Source: Chloroflexota bacterium
Lineage (GTDB): Bacteria; Chloroflexota; Limnocylindria; Limnocylindrales; CSP1-4
Length of the DNA: 64,000 nucleotides
Reading direction: 5' to 3'
Assembly: GCA_017853275.1 (NCBI GenBank)
Contig: JAFMJV010000001.1
Coordinates: 26,286 to 90,285, forward strand
Below the pieces are notes generated by a model. That model saw only the letters and a program-made list of their open reading frames with translations. It was not told where the DNA came from and made no database searches. A program made the position numbers and the translations under genes. Below are positions 25,187 through 34,684 of the stretch, in pieces; position 1 is the stretch's first letter; each line of letters opens with the position of its first letter.

Positions 25187-26122
25187 GTGACCACCGCCGA
25201 TCCCCTCGTCCTCGCCCGCGACCTCTCCAAGCGCTTCGGATCCTTCACCGCCGTGGACGGGATCTCCTTCTCCGTCGCCCCCGGGGAGGCCTTCGGCTTC
25301 CTCGGCCCGAACGGCGCCGGCAAGTCGAGCACGATGCGCATGATCGGCTGCGTCTCCCCGCCCACCGGCGGCGAGCTGCGGGTCCTGGGGATGGACCCAG
25401 CCCGGGATGGCGCAAGGATCCGCGCCCTCCTCGGGGTCGTCCCCCAGCAGGACTCCCTGGACATGGAGCTGACCGTCCGGGAGAACCTCATCCTCTACGG
25501 GCGCTACTTCGACCTCTCCTACCGGGAGTCGCGGGCGCGTGCGGACGAGCTCCTCGACTTCGTCCAGCTCGCCGATCGCGCGGGTGACGAGGTGGAGCCG
25601 CTCTCCGGCGGGATGAAGCGGCGGCTCACGATCGCGCGCGGGCTCGTGAACCGCCCCCGCCTCCTCCTCCTGGACGAGCCCACGACCGGGCTCGACCCCC
25701 AGGCGCGCCATCTCCTCTGGGACCGCCTCTACCGCCTGAAGCAGGACGGCGTCTCGCTCGTCCTCACGACCCACTACATGGACGAGGCGGAGCAGCTGTG
25801 CGACCGGCTCGTCGTCATGGACAAGGCGCGGATCGTGGCGGAGGGGTCGCCGCGCGCGCTGATCGCCGAGCACGCGACCCGCGAGGTCCTCGAGGTCCGC
25901 TTCGCGCCGGACGCGCGCCCCGCGGAGGACGATCCGCGACTCGCCGGGGTCGCGGAGCGGATCGAGGTCCTCCCGGACCGGACCCTTCTCTACACCCAGG
26001 ATGGTGAGGCGGCCGCGGTCACCCTCCACGACCGGGGGCTCCGGCCGGTCGCCACCCTCGTCCGGCGGAGCTCGCTCGAGGATGTCTTCCTCCGGCTGAC
26101 CGGCCGGACGCTCGTCGACTGA
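25187..26122 (+). CDS. ABC transporter ATP-binding protein (DrrA/NodI-type, ABC-2 exporter)
   Basis: Walker A GPNGAGKSST, signature LSGGMKRR, Walker B LLLLDEPTTGLD. GTG 25187 is preferred over ATG 25076, which would overlap the divergent Rrf2 gene. Confidence 0.9.
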   Translation: MTTADPLVLARDLSKRFGSFTAVDGISFSVAPGEAFGFLGPNGAGKSSTMRMIGCVSPPTGGELRVLGMDPARDGARIRALLGVVPQQDSLDMELTVRENLILYGRYFDLSYRESRARADELLDFVQLADRAGDEVEPLSGGMKRRLTIARGLVNRPRLLLLDEPTTGLDPQARHLLWDRLYRLKQDGVSLVLTTHYMDEAEQLCDRLVVMDKARIVAEGSPRALIAEHATREVLEVRFAPDARPAEDDPRLAGVAERIEVLPDRTLLYTQDGEAAAVTLHDRGLRPVATLVRRSSLEDVFLRLTGRTLVD

Positions 26123-26124
26123 TC

Positions 26125-26907
26125 GTGCGCGGCGCGATGCGGACGGGCGGCTCGATCCGGATCCTCGAGCACCACCTCCTGCGCTACCGGCGGACCTGGC
26201 GCGGCTCGGCGATCACGACCTTCGTCAGCCCGCTCTTCTTCCTCGGCTCGATCGGGATCGGGCTCGGGTCGTTCGTGGACGCGGGGGGCTCCGCGCTCGC
26301 GGGGGTCGGCTACCTCGCCTTCCTCGCACCCGGCCTGCTCGCTTCGTCGGCGATGCAGACCGCCGCCTTCGAATCGACCTACCCGGTGATGGGTGGGCTG
26401 CGCTGGGACCGGACCTACCAGGCCGCCGTGGCCACGCCGCTCCTGCCGCGCCACATCGCGATCGGGAACCTCGCCTTCGTCGCCGTCCGCCTCGTGATCG
26501 CCGCCTCCGTCTTCTCGGCGATCGCGGTCGCGCTCGGGGCGACCGACCCGCTCCGCGGTGCGCTCATGGTCCCCGCCGCTGTGCTCACCGGGCTCGCCTT
26601 CGCGGCCCCGATCCAGGCCTTCTCGGCGACCCAGCGCGGGGACGCGGGCTTCACGATCCTCTTCCGCTTCGTGATCACGCCGCTCGCCCTCTTCTCCGGC
26701 ACCTTCTTCCCGATCGCGGAGCTCCCCGCGATCCTCCAGCTCGTGGCCTGGCTCACGCCGCTCGCGCACGGGGTGGCGCTGACCCGCGCGATCGCGCTCG
26801 GCACGCCGGACCCGGCGATGGCGCTCCACCTCGCCGTCCTCCTCGCCTACCTCGTGGTGGGCGCAGTGGCTGCCGCGGCGCTCTTCCGGCGCCGGCTGAT
26901 CGCCTGA
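26125..26907 (+). CDS. ABC-2 type transporter permease 1
   Basis: Six hydrophobic segments with an LRYRRTWRGS-type N-terminus. Starts 3 nt after the ATPase stop. Confidence 0.85.
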   Translation: MRGAMRTGGSIRILEHHLLRYRRTWRGSAITTFVSPLFFLGSIGIGLGSFVDAGGSALAGVGYLAFLAPGLLASSAMQTAAFESTYPVMGGLRWDRTYQAAVATPLLPRHIAIGNLAFVAVRLVIAASVFSAIAVALGATDPLRGALMVPAAVLTGLAFAAPIQAFSATQRGDAGFTILFRFVITPLALFSGTFFPIAELPAILQLVAWLTPLAHGVALTRAIALGTPDPAMALHLAVLLAYLVVGAVAAAALFRRRLIA

Positions 26908-27701
26908 TGCTCGCCTCCCTCGCCCGCCTCATGCCCGGCACGACCGGCCTCCCCGGGCGCCGCGGGATCCGCCTCCTGGAGCGGAACGTCTGGGTCTACC
27001 GCCGCTCCTGGATCGCGCTCGTCACCGGCTTCTTCGAGCCACTCTTCTACCTGCTCGGGATGGGCTACGGGATGGGTGCCCTCGTGGGCGAGATCGAGGG
27101 GCTCCCCTACGCGGTCTTCGTGGCGCCCGCGCTGATGGCCACCGCGGCGATGAACGGCGCGCTCTACGACAGCACCTTCAACCTCTTCTACAAGCTGCGC
27201 TACGCCCGGACCTACGACGCCGTCCTCGCCACGCCGCTCGGACCCGCCGATGTCGCCTCCGGCGAGGTCGCCTGGGCGCTCATCCGCGGCTCGCTCTACG
27301 CGGTCGCCTTCGTCGTCCTCATGCTCCTCCTCGGGCTCGCGCTCTCGCCGCTCGTCCTGCTCACGATCCCCGGCTCGCTCCTCATCGGGTTCGCGGCGGC
27401 CGGCGTGGGGACCGCCGCCACCACGTGGATGCGCCGCTGGCAGGACTTCGACCTCGTGGCGGTCTTCACCCTCCCTCTCTTCCTCTTCAGCGCGACCTTC
27501 TTCCCGGTCACGGCCTACCCGGAGCCGATCCGCACGATCGTGGAGCTCACGCCGCTCTACCGCGGGATCCACCTCCTCCGTGCCCTCTCGACCGGGCAGC
27601 CCGACCCCGCGATCGTCCTCGACGTCGTCTATCTCCTCGTCCTCGGCCTCGTCGGGATGAGCATCACCTCGCGCCGGCTCGGGAAGCTCCTCCTCCGCTA
27701 G
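26907..27701 (+). CDS. ABC-2 type transporter permease 2
   Basis: Paralog of permease 1 (LERNVWVYRRSWIALVTGFFEPLFYLLG). TGATG overlap with permease 1. Confidence 0.85.
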   Translation: MLASLARLMPGTTGLPGRRGIRLLERNVWVYRRSWIALVTGFFEPLFYLLGMGYGMGALVGEIEGLPYAVFVAPALMATAAMNGALYDSTFNLFYKLRYARTYDAVLATPLGPADVASGEVAWALIRGSLYAVAFVVLMLLLGLALSPLVLLTIPGSLLIGFAAAGVGTAATTWMRRWQDFDLVAVFTLPLFLFSATFFPVTAYPEPIRTIVELTPLYRGIHLLRALSTGQPDPAIVLDVVYLLVLGLVGMSITSRRLGKLLLR

Positions 27702-28978
27702 CCGGCGGCCTCCGGGGCGATCGTCCCGAAGCGGCGCTTCTCGGCTGCGAGCCCGGTGGCCCAGCCGATCCGGCGCGCGCCGCCGAAGCCCGCCCAGGCC
27801 GCGATCGCCGCGCGGATCGCCGGGACGAGGCCGGGGTCGGCGTCCGGGTCGATCCCCGGCTCCCACCACCAGCCGAGGATCCGGGCGCTCCCGCTCGCGC
27901 GCTCGAAGCGGGGCTCGATCCGTCCCACGATCCGGTCCCCGGCGAGGACGGGGAGGACGTAGTAGCCCCAGCGCCGCCGTGCCGGCGGCGTATAGACCTC
28001 CCAGCGGTAGTCGCAGCCGAAGAGCGAGGCGAGCAGGGAGCGGTCCCACATCAGCGGGTCGAGCGGGGCGAGGAGGGTCGCGGTCCGGGGGCCGGGGAGC
28101 GCGCCCTCGCGGCCGGCTGCCTCCAGGAGCGGCAGGTCCTCGCGGACGATGAAGCGCATCCCCGGGACCCCCTCCACGGCGACCGGGAGGAGCGCGCCGC
28201 TTGCGACGAGATCGGCGTGGAGCTCGGCCCGGACCGGGGCCTCCGCCGGGAGCGCGGGCGTCCGGCGGGCGGGGGCGATGTCCAGCCAGACCTCGGGCTG
28301 CCCTGCCGTGCCGAGGAGCCCGTGCGCCCGGTAGCGGCTGAGGAGGCGGTGACGCGCGGCGTCCGCGGGCGGATGGCGCTCGGCGAGGATCGCCGGAGGG
28401 ACGATCCGCTCGATCCGGTCGAACCAGCGGCGGTTCCCCTCCCGGCGGGTCACGCCGAGGATCCCGGCCACGGTGAGCGCCTCCAGCGCCGCCCGGACCT
28501 CGCTCGTCGGCCCCCACCACCAGTCGATCCGCGGGCCCGGCCCCCCGTCCGTGCTCGTGATCGGACCCGTGGCGTCGATCCGGGTGAGGAGCGCATCGAT
28601 CGTTCCCCGGAGGCGCGGGAAGAGCTCCGTCTCGTAGCGCTCCCGGGTCCGGTCCCAGGTGTCGCGGTGCCACGGGACCTCGGCCATCGGCACGAGGCTC
28701 AGGCCCTTGTTCCAGAGCTCGATGAGCGCGCGTCGCTCGCCGAGGAGGGTCGTGGTCCACTCCGGACGGTAGCCGGCGACCCGCGCGTGGAGGACGAGAT
28801 CGTGGTTCCGGCCGGCCACCGCGATCGGGTCGAACTGGACCGAGCCGATCCGGTCCACGAGCGCGGCGACCCCGTCCGCCCCGCCGGTCAGGGCGCGGGC
28901 GGGTGCGAGGGCATGGCGGCGGACGAGGAAGCGGCGGGCGGTCGCCGCCTCGATCCGGATCGGCGCGGGGGAGGGCAT
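27698..28978 (-). CDS. YcaQ/AlkZ-family (HTH_42, winged-helix) DNA glycosylase, QxD (YcaQ-like) subtype
   Basis: [23 protein letters not shown] aligns with E. coli Yca[66 protein letters not shown] aligns with the YcaQ C-terminal core (recalled from memory). ATG 28978 is preferred (TATCGT box 7 nt upstream); ATG 29005 is the alternative. Confidence 0.85.
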   Translation of the reverse strand: MPSPAPIRIEAATARRFLVRRHALAPARALTGGADGVAALVDRIGSVQFDPIAVAGRNHDLVLHARVAGYRPEWTTTLLGERRALIELWNKGLSLVPMAEVPWHRDTWDRTRERYETELFPRLRGTIDALLTRIDATGPITSTDGGPGPRIDWWWGPTSEVRAALEALTVAGILGVTRREGNRRWFDRIERIVPPAILAERHPPADAARHRLLSRYRAHGLLGTAGQPEVWLDIAPARRTPALPAEAPVRAELHADLVASGALLPVAVEGVPGMRFIVREDLPLLEAAGREGALPGPRTATLLAPLDPLMWDRSLLASLFGCDYRWEVYTPPARRRWGYYVLPVLAGDRIVGRIEPRFERASGSARILGWWWEPGIDPDADPGLVPAIRAAIAAWAGFGGARRIGWATGLAAEKRRFGTIAPEAAG

Positions 28979-28985
28979 CCGCCCC

Positions 28986-28991
28986 ACGATA
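28986..28991 (-). promoter_or_regulatory. -10-like box TATCGT, 7 nt before ATG 28978 (leaderless)
   Basis: Minus strand reads ggTATCGTggggcggATG. Confidence 0.35.
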
Positions 28992-29063
28992 CCTGTGCGA
29001 ACCACGGGTGATGGCCTGCTGCGCCGGGGAGGTCCCCGCTCTTCCCTATACTCCGTCCTGCCG

Positions 29064-30227
29064 ATGACGACCGCTCGCGACTACTACGACATCCTCGGGG
29101 TCCCGCGCGGAGCGTCCGACGACGAGGTGAAGAAGGCCTTCCGGAAGCTCGCCCAGCAGTGGCACCCGGATGTGAACCGCGAGCCCGGCGCGGACGAGCG
29201 CTTCAAGGAGATCAACGAGGCCTACCAGGTCCTCTCCGACCCGCAGCGGCGCCAGGCCTACGACACCTTCGGCCGGGCAGGGGTCGGTGGCTCCGGCGCC
29301 GAGGGCTACGGCCCCTTCGGCGGCTTCTCCGGCTTCGGGGACATCTTCGATGCCTTCTTCGGCGGTGCGCAGGCCGGAACCCGTCGCGGCCGCCCGCCGA
29401 CCGGGGCGGACCTGCGCTACGACCTCCGGCTCTCCTTCGAGGAATCGATCCGCGGCGCGGAGAAGGAGATCGCCTTCGCCGCCGCCGGCCGCTGCGAGGC
29501 CTGCGACGGCAGCGGCGCCGCGCCCGGGACGACCCCCACCACCTGCCCCGGCTGCCAGGGCTCCGGCGAGATCCGCCAGGTCCGCTCCACGATGCTCGGC
29601 CAGATGGTGAACGTGACCACCTGCGGCCAGTGCCGCGGGCAGGGCCGGATCGTCACCCAGCCCTGTACCGCCTGCCGCGGGGAAGGCCGTGCGGAGCGGA
29701 AGCGGACCCTCCGCGTCACGATCCCCGCGGGCATCGACGACGGCCACCAGATCCGGCTTTCCGGGGAAGGGGAGGCGGGTCCGCGCGGGGGCGCTCCGGG
29801 GAACCTCTACGTCGTCATCCACGTGGAGCCGCACCCCCAGCTCCGCCGCGAGGAGACGGAGCTCTTCTTCGAGCTCCCCGTCTCGATCACCCAGGCCGCG
29901 CTCGGCGCGCGCATCTCCGTCCCCACGCCGGACGGCCAGGAGACGGTGGAGATCCGGCCCGGGACCCAGCACGGGGCGGAGATCCGCCTCCGTGGCCGGG
30001 GCGTCCCGCACCTTCGCCGGGCGAACGTCCGCGGCGACCTCCACGTCCTCGTCGACCTGCGCGTCCCCACGAAGCTGACCGCCCGTCAGCGCGAGCTGCT
30101 CGAGGAGCTCGCCGAGGAGTCCGGCGAGCACCATGCCGAGGATGCGCCCACCGAGCCGGACGCGCGCCCGCGCGGCGGCCGCGGCAAGCGCGGCCTGACG
30201 GACCGGCTCAAGGACGCGATCAGCTGA
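29064..30227 (+). CDS. dnaJ: Molecular chaperone DnaJ (type I, with zinc-finger domain)
   Basis: [33 protein letters not shown] (J domain with HPD), a G/F-rich region, and four CxxCxGxG repeats ([32 protein letters not shown]). TATACT box 11 nt upstream. Confidence 0.96.
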   Translation: MTTARDYYDILGVPRGASDDEVKKAFRKLAQQWHPDVNREPGADERFKEINEAYQVLSDPQRRQAYDTFGRAGVGGSGAEGYGPFGGFSGFGDIFDAFFGGAQAGTRRGRPPTGADLRYDLRLSFEESIRGAEKEIAFAAAGRCEACDGSGAAPGTTPTTCPGCQGSGEIRQVRSTMLGQMVNVTTCGQCRGQGRIVTQPCTACRGEGRAERKRTLRVTIPAGIDDGHQIRLSGEGEAGPRGGAPGNLYVVIHVEPHPQLRREETELFFELPVSITQAALGARISVPTPDGQETVEIRPGTQHGAEIRLRGRGVPHLRRANVRGDLHVLVDLRVPTKLTARQRELLEELAEESGEHHAEDAPTEPDARPRGGRGKRGLTDRLKDAIS

Positions 30228-31186
30228 GCGGCGACGGCACGATCGCCGCGGGGACCTGGCTGGAGCTCGCCGTGGAGGCGGACCAGGAGGCCGTCGAGGC
30301 GGTGAGCGAGATCCTGGCCCGCGTCGCCCCCGGTGGGGTCTCCGTGGAGATGCCCTTCCGTCTCGTCGCGGAGGGGCTTGCCGCGGAGGTCGATGCCTCC
30401 CGTCCCGCGATCGTCCGCGCCTACCTGCCCGGGCGCGACCCGGTCGCCGCGGACGCCGCGATCGCGAGCGCCCGCCGCTCGCTCGGCCACCTCCAGGCCT
30501 TCGGGCTGCGTCCGATCGGCGAGCTCTCCGTGAGCGCCGTCCACGAGGAGGACTGGGCGGCCGCCTGGAAGGCGCACTTCCCGGTCCTGCGTGTCGGGCG
30601 CCGGATGGTCATCCGGCCCACGTGGCGCCGCCATCGGAGCCGGCCGGGCGATGTCGTCCTCGCCCTCGATCCCGGGATGGCCTTCGGGACCGGGCTCCAT
30701 CCCACGACGCGCCTCTGCCTCGCCGGGATCGAGCGCTGGGGGGACGAGGGGATCGTCGCCGGCGCCCGGGCGATCGACGTCGGCTGTGGCTCGGGGATCC
30801 TCGCGATCGCCGCGGGGCTGCTCGGGGCCGAGAGCGTGCTTGGCGTGGATACGGACCCGATCGCCGTGGAGGCCACCCTCGCGAACGCCCGCCGCAACCG
30901 GCTCGCCCGCCGGATCGGCGCCCGGACCGGCTCCCTCCCCGTCGCGGAGGGCCCCTTCGACCTCGTCCTCGCGAACCTCATCGCCTCCCTCCTCGTCGAC
31001 CTTTCGGGGGAGCTGGCCGCGGCCCTCCGCCCGGGTGGCCGCCTCCTTGCCTCGGGGATCTTCATCGACCGCGAGCCGGAGGTCGTGGCCGCCTTCCGCA
31101 GCGCCGGGCTCGTCGTCCGTGAGCGCACGGCCGAGGGCGACTGGGTGGCGCTGGACGTGGAGCGTCCGGCCGGGGATCGGAGATGA
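30224..31186 (+). CDS. prmA: Ribosomal protein L11 methyltransferase
   Basis: [20 protein letters not shown]..., [28 protein letters not shown]. No ATG/GTG/TTG lies upstream of the conserved Trp. CTG 30224 (CTGA overlap with the dnaJ stop) is proposed; ATC 30242 or GTG 30272 are alternatives. Confidence 0.85.
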   Translation: MSGDGTIAAGTWLELAVEADQEAVEAVSEILARVAPGGVSVEMPFRLVAEGLAAEVDASRPAIVRAYLPGRDPVAADAAIASARRSLGHLQAFGLRPIGELSVSAVHEEDWAAAWKAHFPVLRVGRRMVIRPTWRRHRSRPGDVVLALDPGMAFGTGLHPTTRLCLAGIERWGDEGIVAGARAIDVGCGSGILAIAAGLLGAESVLGVDTDPIAVEATLANARRNRLARRIGARTGSLPVAEGPFDLVLANLIASLLVDLSGELAAALRPGGRLLASGIFIDREPEVVAAFRSAGLVVRERTAEGDWVALDVERPAGDRR

Positions 31187-31665
31187 TCCCGCCCGCGCTC
31201 TTCCCCGTCCTCCTTCTCGCCCACATCACGCTCGCGCTCTCCCTCTTCCTGCCGAGCTTCCTCCTCCCGTTCACGATGCGCACCCGGGCGCGCGACGGCA
31301 CCCCGGTCGTCGCCCCGCCCGGCCGGTTCGTCCGCGGCCTCCTCTGGCTGGAGCGGAACGGGACGACGGTCATCGGGGTCGGGGTCGCGGTGACCGGGGT
31401 GGGGATGCTCTCGATCCTCGGTCCCGCCTTCGCCCAGCAGCCCTGGCTCCTCGCCGGGCTCGCGATCTACACCGGCGTCCTCGTCACCTCCTTCTTCATC
31501 CAGCGGCCCGGCCTGCGGCGTCTCGTGGGGCTCCGTTCGGATGCGTCACCGGAGGAGCAGGAGCGCTGGAAGCGCCGCGCGCGGCGGCAGCGCTACATCA
31601 GCTACGGGATGGCCGGTGCGATCGGCCTCATCGGGTGGCTGATGATGGCGAAGCCGGGCGCCTGA
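31183..31665 (+). CDS. Integral membrane protein (4 TM, DUF2269-like), function unknown
   Basis: Four hydrophobic helices. ATGA overlap with the prmA stop. Confidence 0.7.
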   Translation: MIPPALFPVLLLAHITLALSLFLPSFLLPFTMRTRARDGTPVVAPPGRFVRGLLWLERNGTTVIGVGVAVTGVGMLSILGPAFAQQPWLLAGLAIYTGVLVTSFFIQRPGLRRLVGLRSDASPEEQERWKRRARRQRYISYGMAGAIGLIGWLMMAKPGA

Positions 31666-31709
31666 GCAGACCCGCTACGATCGATGCACCGCAACGCACG
31701 GAGACCCCG

Positions 31710-32060
31710 ATGAGCGCCAGCGACTGCCTCTTCTGCCGGATCGCCGAGGGGACGATCCCCGCCCGGATCGCCCACGCGGACGAGGCGGTCATCGCCTTCC
31801 ACGACATCGCCCCCCAGGCGCCGGTCCATCTCCTCCTCATCCCGCGCCGCCATGTCGGCTCGGCCGCGGAGCTGGGGACCGAGGATGGCGTGCTCCTCGC
31901 GCAGATCCACGCGCTCGCGGCCCGTCTCGCCCGCGAGGCGGGGGTCGCGGAGAGCGGCTTCCGGCTCGTCACGAACAGCGGGCCCGATGCCGGCCAGTCG
32001 GTCCATCACCTCCACTGGCATCTCCTCGCCGGCCGCCACCTCGGATGGCCTCCCGGATGA
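31710..32060 (+). CDS. HIT-family (histidine triad, HinT-like) nucleotide hydrolase
   Basis: CLFCRI...IAFHDIAPQAPVHLLLIPRRH...SVHHLHWHLLAG (HxHxHxx motif). Confidence 0.9.
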   Translation: MSASDCLFCRIAEGTIPARIAHADEAVIAFHDIAPQAPVHLLLIPRRHVGSAAELGTEDGVLLAQIHALAARLAREAGVAESGFRLVTNSGPDAGQSVHHLHWHLLAGRHLGWPPG

Positions 32061-32590
32061 GGCGCCTCCGCCCGCTTGCGCTCGGGCTCGTCCTTCTCCT
32101 CGTCGCCGCCTGTGGCGGTCCGTCCTCTGCTCCGGCGACCCCCGCGGCGGCGCTCCCCACGCCACTCGCCTCGCTCGGCCCGGCCCTCCAGGGGACGGCG
32201 GCGGCGCTGAGCAGCGCGCTCGCCGGCCTCGGCCTCCGGCTCGACCCGCCCGCCGGCCCCTACCGGCCCTCCGAGCCCGAGCGGCTCCTCCGCACGCCCC
32301 GCGCGATCTTCCAGGCCGGGACGGGGGATCCGGGCCAGGGCTACGTCGTCCTCTACCAGCTCGTGGACGACCCGGACGCGGATGCCGCCGCGCGCGAGCT
32401 CGCGGCGTACCTGGGGTCCGGCTTCGGTCAGACGAACTTCCCCGTGGATGCCCAGCTCCACGTCGCCCGCGACGGGAGCGTCGTGATCTTCACCTGGTGG
32501 TCGCGCGAGAAGAGCGCGGACCCTGCCCGCGCGGAGGCTGCCTGGGCGGCGGTCGCGTCGGTCGGGATCGAGGTCCCCGTCCGGAAGTAG
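32057..32590 (+). CDS. Lipoprotein, function unknown
   Basis: MRRLRPLALGLVLLLVAAC lipobox (VAAC). ATGA overlap with the HIT stop. Confidence 0.7.
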   Translation: MRRLRPLALGLVLLLVAACGGPSSAPATPAAALPTPLASLGPALQGTAAALSSALAGLGLRLDPPAGPYRPSEPERLLRTPRAIFQAGTGDPGQGYVVLYQLVDDPDADAAARELAAYLGSGFGQTNFPVDAQLHVARDGSVVIFTWWSREKSADPARAEAAWAAVASVGIEVPVRK

Positions 32591-32601
32591 GCGCGGACCG
32601 G

Positions 32602-34320
32602 CTAGGCGCCTGGCCGGCCGTGCTCCTCGCGGACCGCGAGCGGGACGTCCGCCGCGGCCCAGGCGCGCACGTCGTCGCGGCGGATCTTCAGCGTGTGGGT
32701 GCGCGGGAAGTCGGTCTCCGGCCAGAGGCGCCAGGAATCGATCCGCTGGTGGACGCCAAGGGTGGCGTTCGCGGCGCGGACGATCGCATCGATCTCTGCC
32801 CGCACCCGCGCTTCGGCCTCCGCGTCCCGTGCCTCCTGGCCGCCACGGCCGGGTGCCACGACGGGCATCGTGCCCGGCGGCAGGACGATCGCCTCGATCC
32901 GCCCGGGGCTCGTCTCGAGCACGACCGCCTGCCCCAGGCCATGGTCCGCGAGGACGTTCTCGATATCCTCGGGATAGACGTTCAGCCCGTTCGGCAGGAC
33001 GATGATGTTCTTCTTCCGGCCCACGAGGAGGAGTCGTCCCTTCTCGTCGATCCGCCCGATATCGCCGGTCCGGTACCAGCCTTCGGGGTCGAAGGCGGCG
33101 GCGGTCGCCTCCGGGTCCTCCCAGTAGCCGGGGCTCACCGTGGGCCCCGCGATGAGGATCTCCGCATCCGCCGGGTCGAGCCGGAGCCGGACGGGCGGGA
33201 TCGTCCGGCCCACGATCCCGGAGGGGTGGTCCGCCTCGGAGTTCGATGCCGCCGGTCCGCATTCCGTCGCGCCGTAGCCCTGCTGGACCACGACCCCGAT
33301 CTCCTCCCAGGCATGCTGGATCTCGGGTGGCAGGTAGGCGCCCGCCACGGCGAAGAGGCGGAGCTCGCCACCGAGCTTCCGGTGGAGGGAGCGGAAGATG
33401 AGCCGGCGCGCACCGTACGGGAGGTGGCGGGCGACCCTGCGCATCCGGGCCACGAGCGCCGCCTTCCCCTGCCGCTCGACCTCGCGCATGATCCCGGTCC
33501 AGAAGATCTCCAGGAGCTGGGGCGTGACGACCATCGTGGTCACGCGCAGCTCCTCGAGCGCCTCGAAGATCACCCGCGGGTTCCGCGAGCGCACGTAGAC
33601 GAGCTCCGCGCCGATCATCGTCCCGTAGTAGAGGACGGGGCCCTGCTCGAAGAGATGGGAGAGCGGCAGGAGCGAGACCGCGCGGTGCGGGCGCGGCGGC
33701 AGGATCCGGCGGCACACGTCGAGGGTCGCGAGGAGCGTCCCGTGGGTGAGCATCACGCCCTTCGGCGCGCTCGTCGTCCCGGAGGTGTAGATGACCTCCA
33801 CGAGCGTCTCCCGGCTCGGACGCGGGAGCGCATCGAGGCGCGCCTCCCAGTCCGCCGGGAAGCGCTCATCCGGGTCCGCGGTCAGGTCGTCCAGGGGGAG
33901 GGTGGCGAGATGGCCCAGCCCGGCGGCGGCAGGGTCCGGGGCATCCTGGCCGCCGGTCCCGAGCGCGAGCCACGGCGTCCGGGCGCGCTCCGCGATCCGC
34001 TGGAGGACGGCAGGCGCCATCCGCAGGTCGAGCGGGACGATGACGACCCCGAGGACCATCGCCGCCCAGTAGACGGCCGGGAGGCGGGGCGTGGACGGGC
34101 TCCAGGTGAGGAGGCGGTCCCCGGCCCGCAGCCCATGCTCGTGGAGGCGCCACGCGGCGAGCCGGGAGCGGCGGCGGAGCTCCGCGGCGGACCAGCGGTC
34201 CACGAGCCCGGCATCCGTGCGCAGGCTGAGGATCGGGTGATCCGCGGGCCAGCGCTCCGCGGCGTCATCCAGGAGATCGACGAGCGAGTCGAAGGCGGAG
34301 GGATCGGGGTAGACGGCCAT
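32602..34320 (-). CDS. AMP-dependent acyl-CoA synthetase/ligase (long-chain fatty-acid-CoA ligase-like)
   Basis: AMP-binding motifs IYTSGTTSAPKGVMLTH, QGYGATE, GWYRTGDIG, GRKKNIIVLPNG. ATG 34320 is preceded by GCTACACT 7 nt upstream. The 772-aa track ORF is an upstream run-on. Confidence 0.9.
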   Translation of the reverse strand: MAVYPDPSAFDSLVDLLDDAAERWPADHPILSLRTDAGLVDRWSAAELRRRSRLAAWRLHEHGLRAGDRLLTWSPSTPRLPAVYWAAMVLGVVIVPLDLRMAPAVLQRIAERARTPWLALGTGGQDAPDPAAAGLGHLATLPLDDLTADPDERFPADWEARLDALPRPSRETLVEVIYTSGTTSAPKGVMLTHGTLLATLDVCRRILPPRPHRAVSLLPLSHLFEQGPVLYYGTMIGAELVYVRSRNPRVIFEALEELRVTTMVVTPQLLEIFWTGIMREVERQGKAALVARMRRVARHLPYGARRLIFRSLHRKLGGELRLFAVAGAYLPPEIQHAWEEIGVVVQQGYGATECGPAASNSEADHPSGIVGRTIPPVRLRLDPADAEILIAGPTVSPGYWEDPEATAAAFDPEGWYRTGDIGRIDEKGRLLLVGRKKNIIVLPNGLNVYPEDIENVLADHGLGQAVVLETSPGRIEAIVLPPGTMPVVAPGRGGQEARDAEAEARVRAEIDAIVRAANATLGVHQRIDSWRLWPETDFPRTHTLKIRRDDVRAWAAADVPLAVREEHGRPGA

Positions 34321-34327
34321 CCCGGCG

Positions 34328-34333
34328 AGTGTA
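34328..34333 (-). promoter_or_regulatory. -10-like box TACACT (GCTACACT), 7 nt before ATG 34320 (leaderless)
   Basis: Minus strand reads cGCTACACTcgccgggATG. Confidence 0.4.
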
Positions 34334-34497
34334 GCGGGCGCCCGCAGCAGACCGGCCGGTGTTCGCTTGCCCGTTCTCCGCCGGGCGGCTAGACTCCGCA
34401 GGCCCTCGCAGCCGGGAGATCGGGTGCGGCGTGTCCCCGGTGTCGGCGCCCGGGTCCGCGGGGCGACGCACATCCGCCGGTGGGAGGTGATCCGGGA

Positions 34498-34677
34498 TTG
34501 GCTGAGGTCCGAGTCGGCGAGAACGAGTCCTTCGAGAGCGCCCTGCGACGCTTCAACAAGAAGATCCAGCAGAGCGGCATCCTCGCGGAGGCGCGGCGAC
34601 GCGAGCACTACGAGAAGCCCAGCGTCAAGCGCAAGCGCAAGGAAGCGAAGCGCAAGAAGGCGACCCGCCAGGACTAG
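34498..34677 (+). CDS. rpsU: 30S ribosomal protein S21
   Basis: (M)[56 protein letters not shown] 34498 with GGGAGG 10 nt upstream; GTG 34480 is the alternative. Confidence 0.93.
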   Translation: MAEVRVGENESFESALRRFNKKIQQSGILAEARRREHYEKPSVKRKRKEAKRKKATRQD

Positions 34678-34684
34678 GCGTCCC

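Noticed and set aside
29006-29063. Heat-shock operators (CIRCE TTAGCACTC-N9-GAGTGCTAA or HAIR CTTGAGT-N7-ACTCAAG) near dnaJ, or after dnaK
   Set aside because: No match or near-match seen in either intergenic region.
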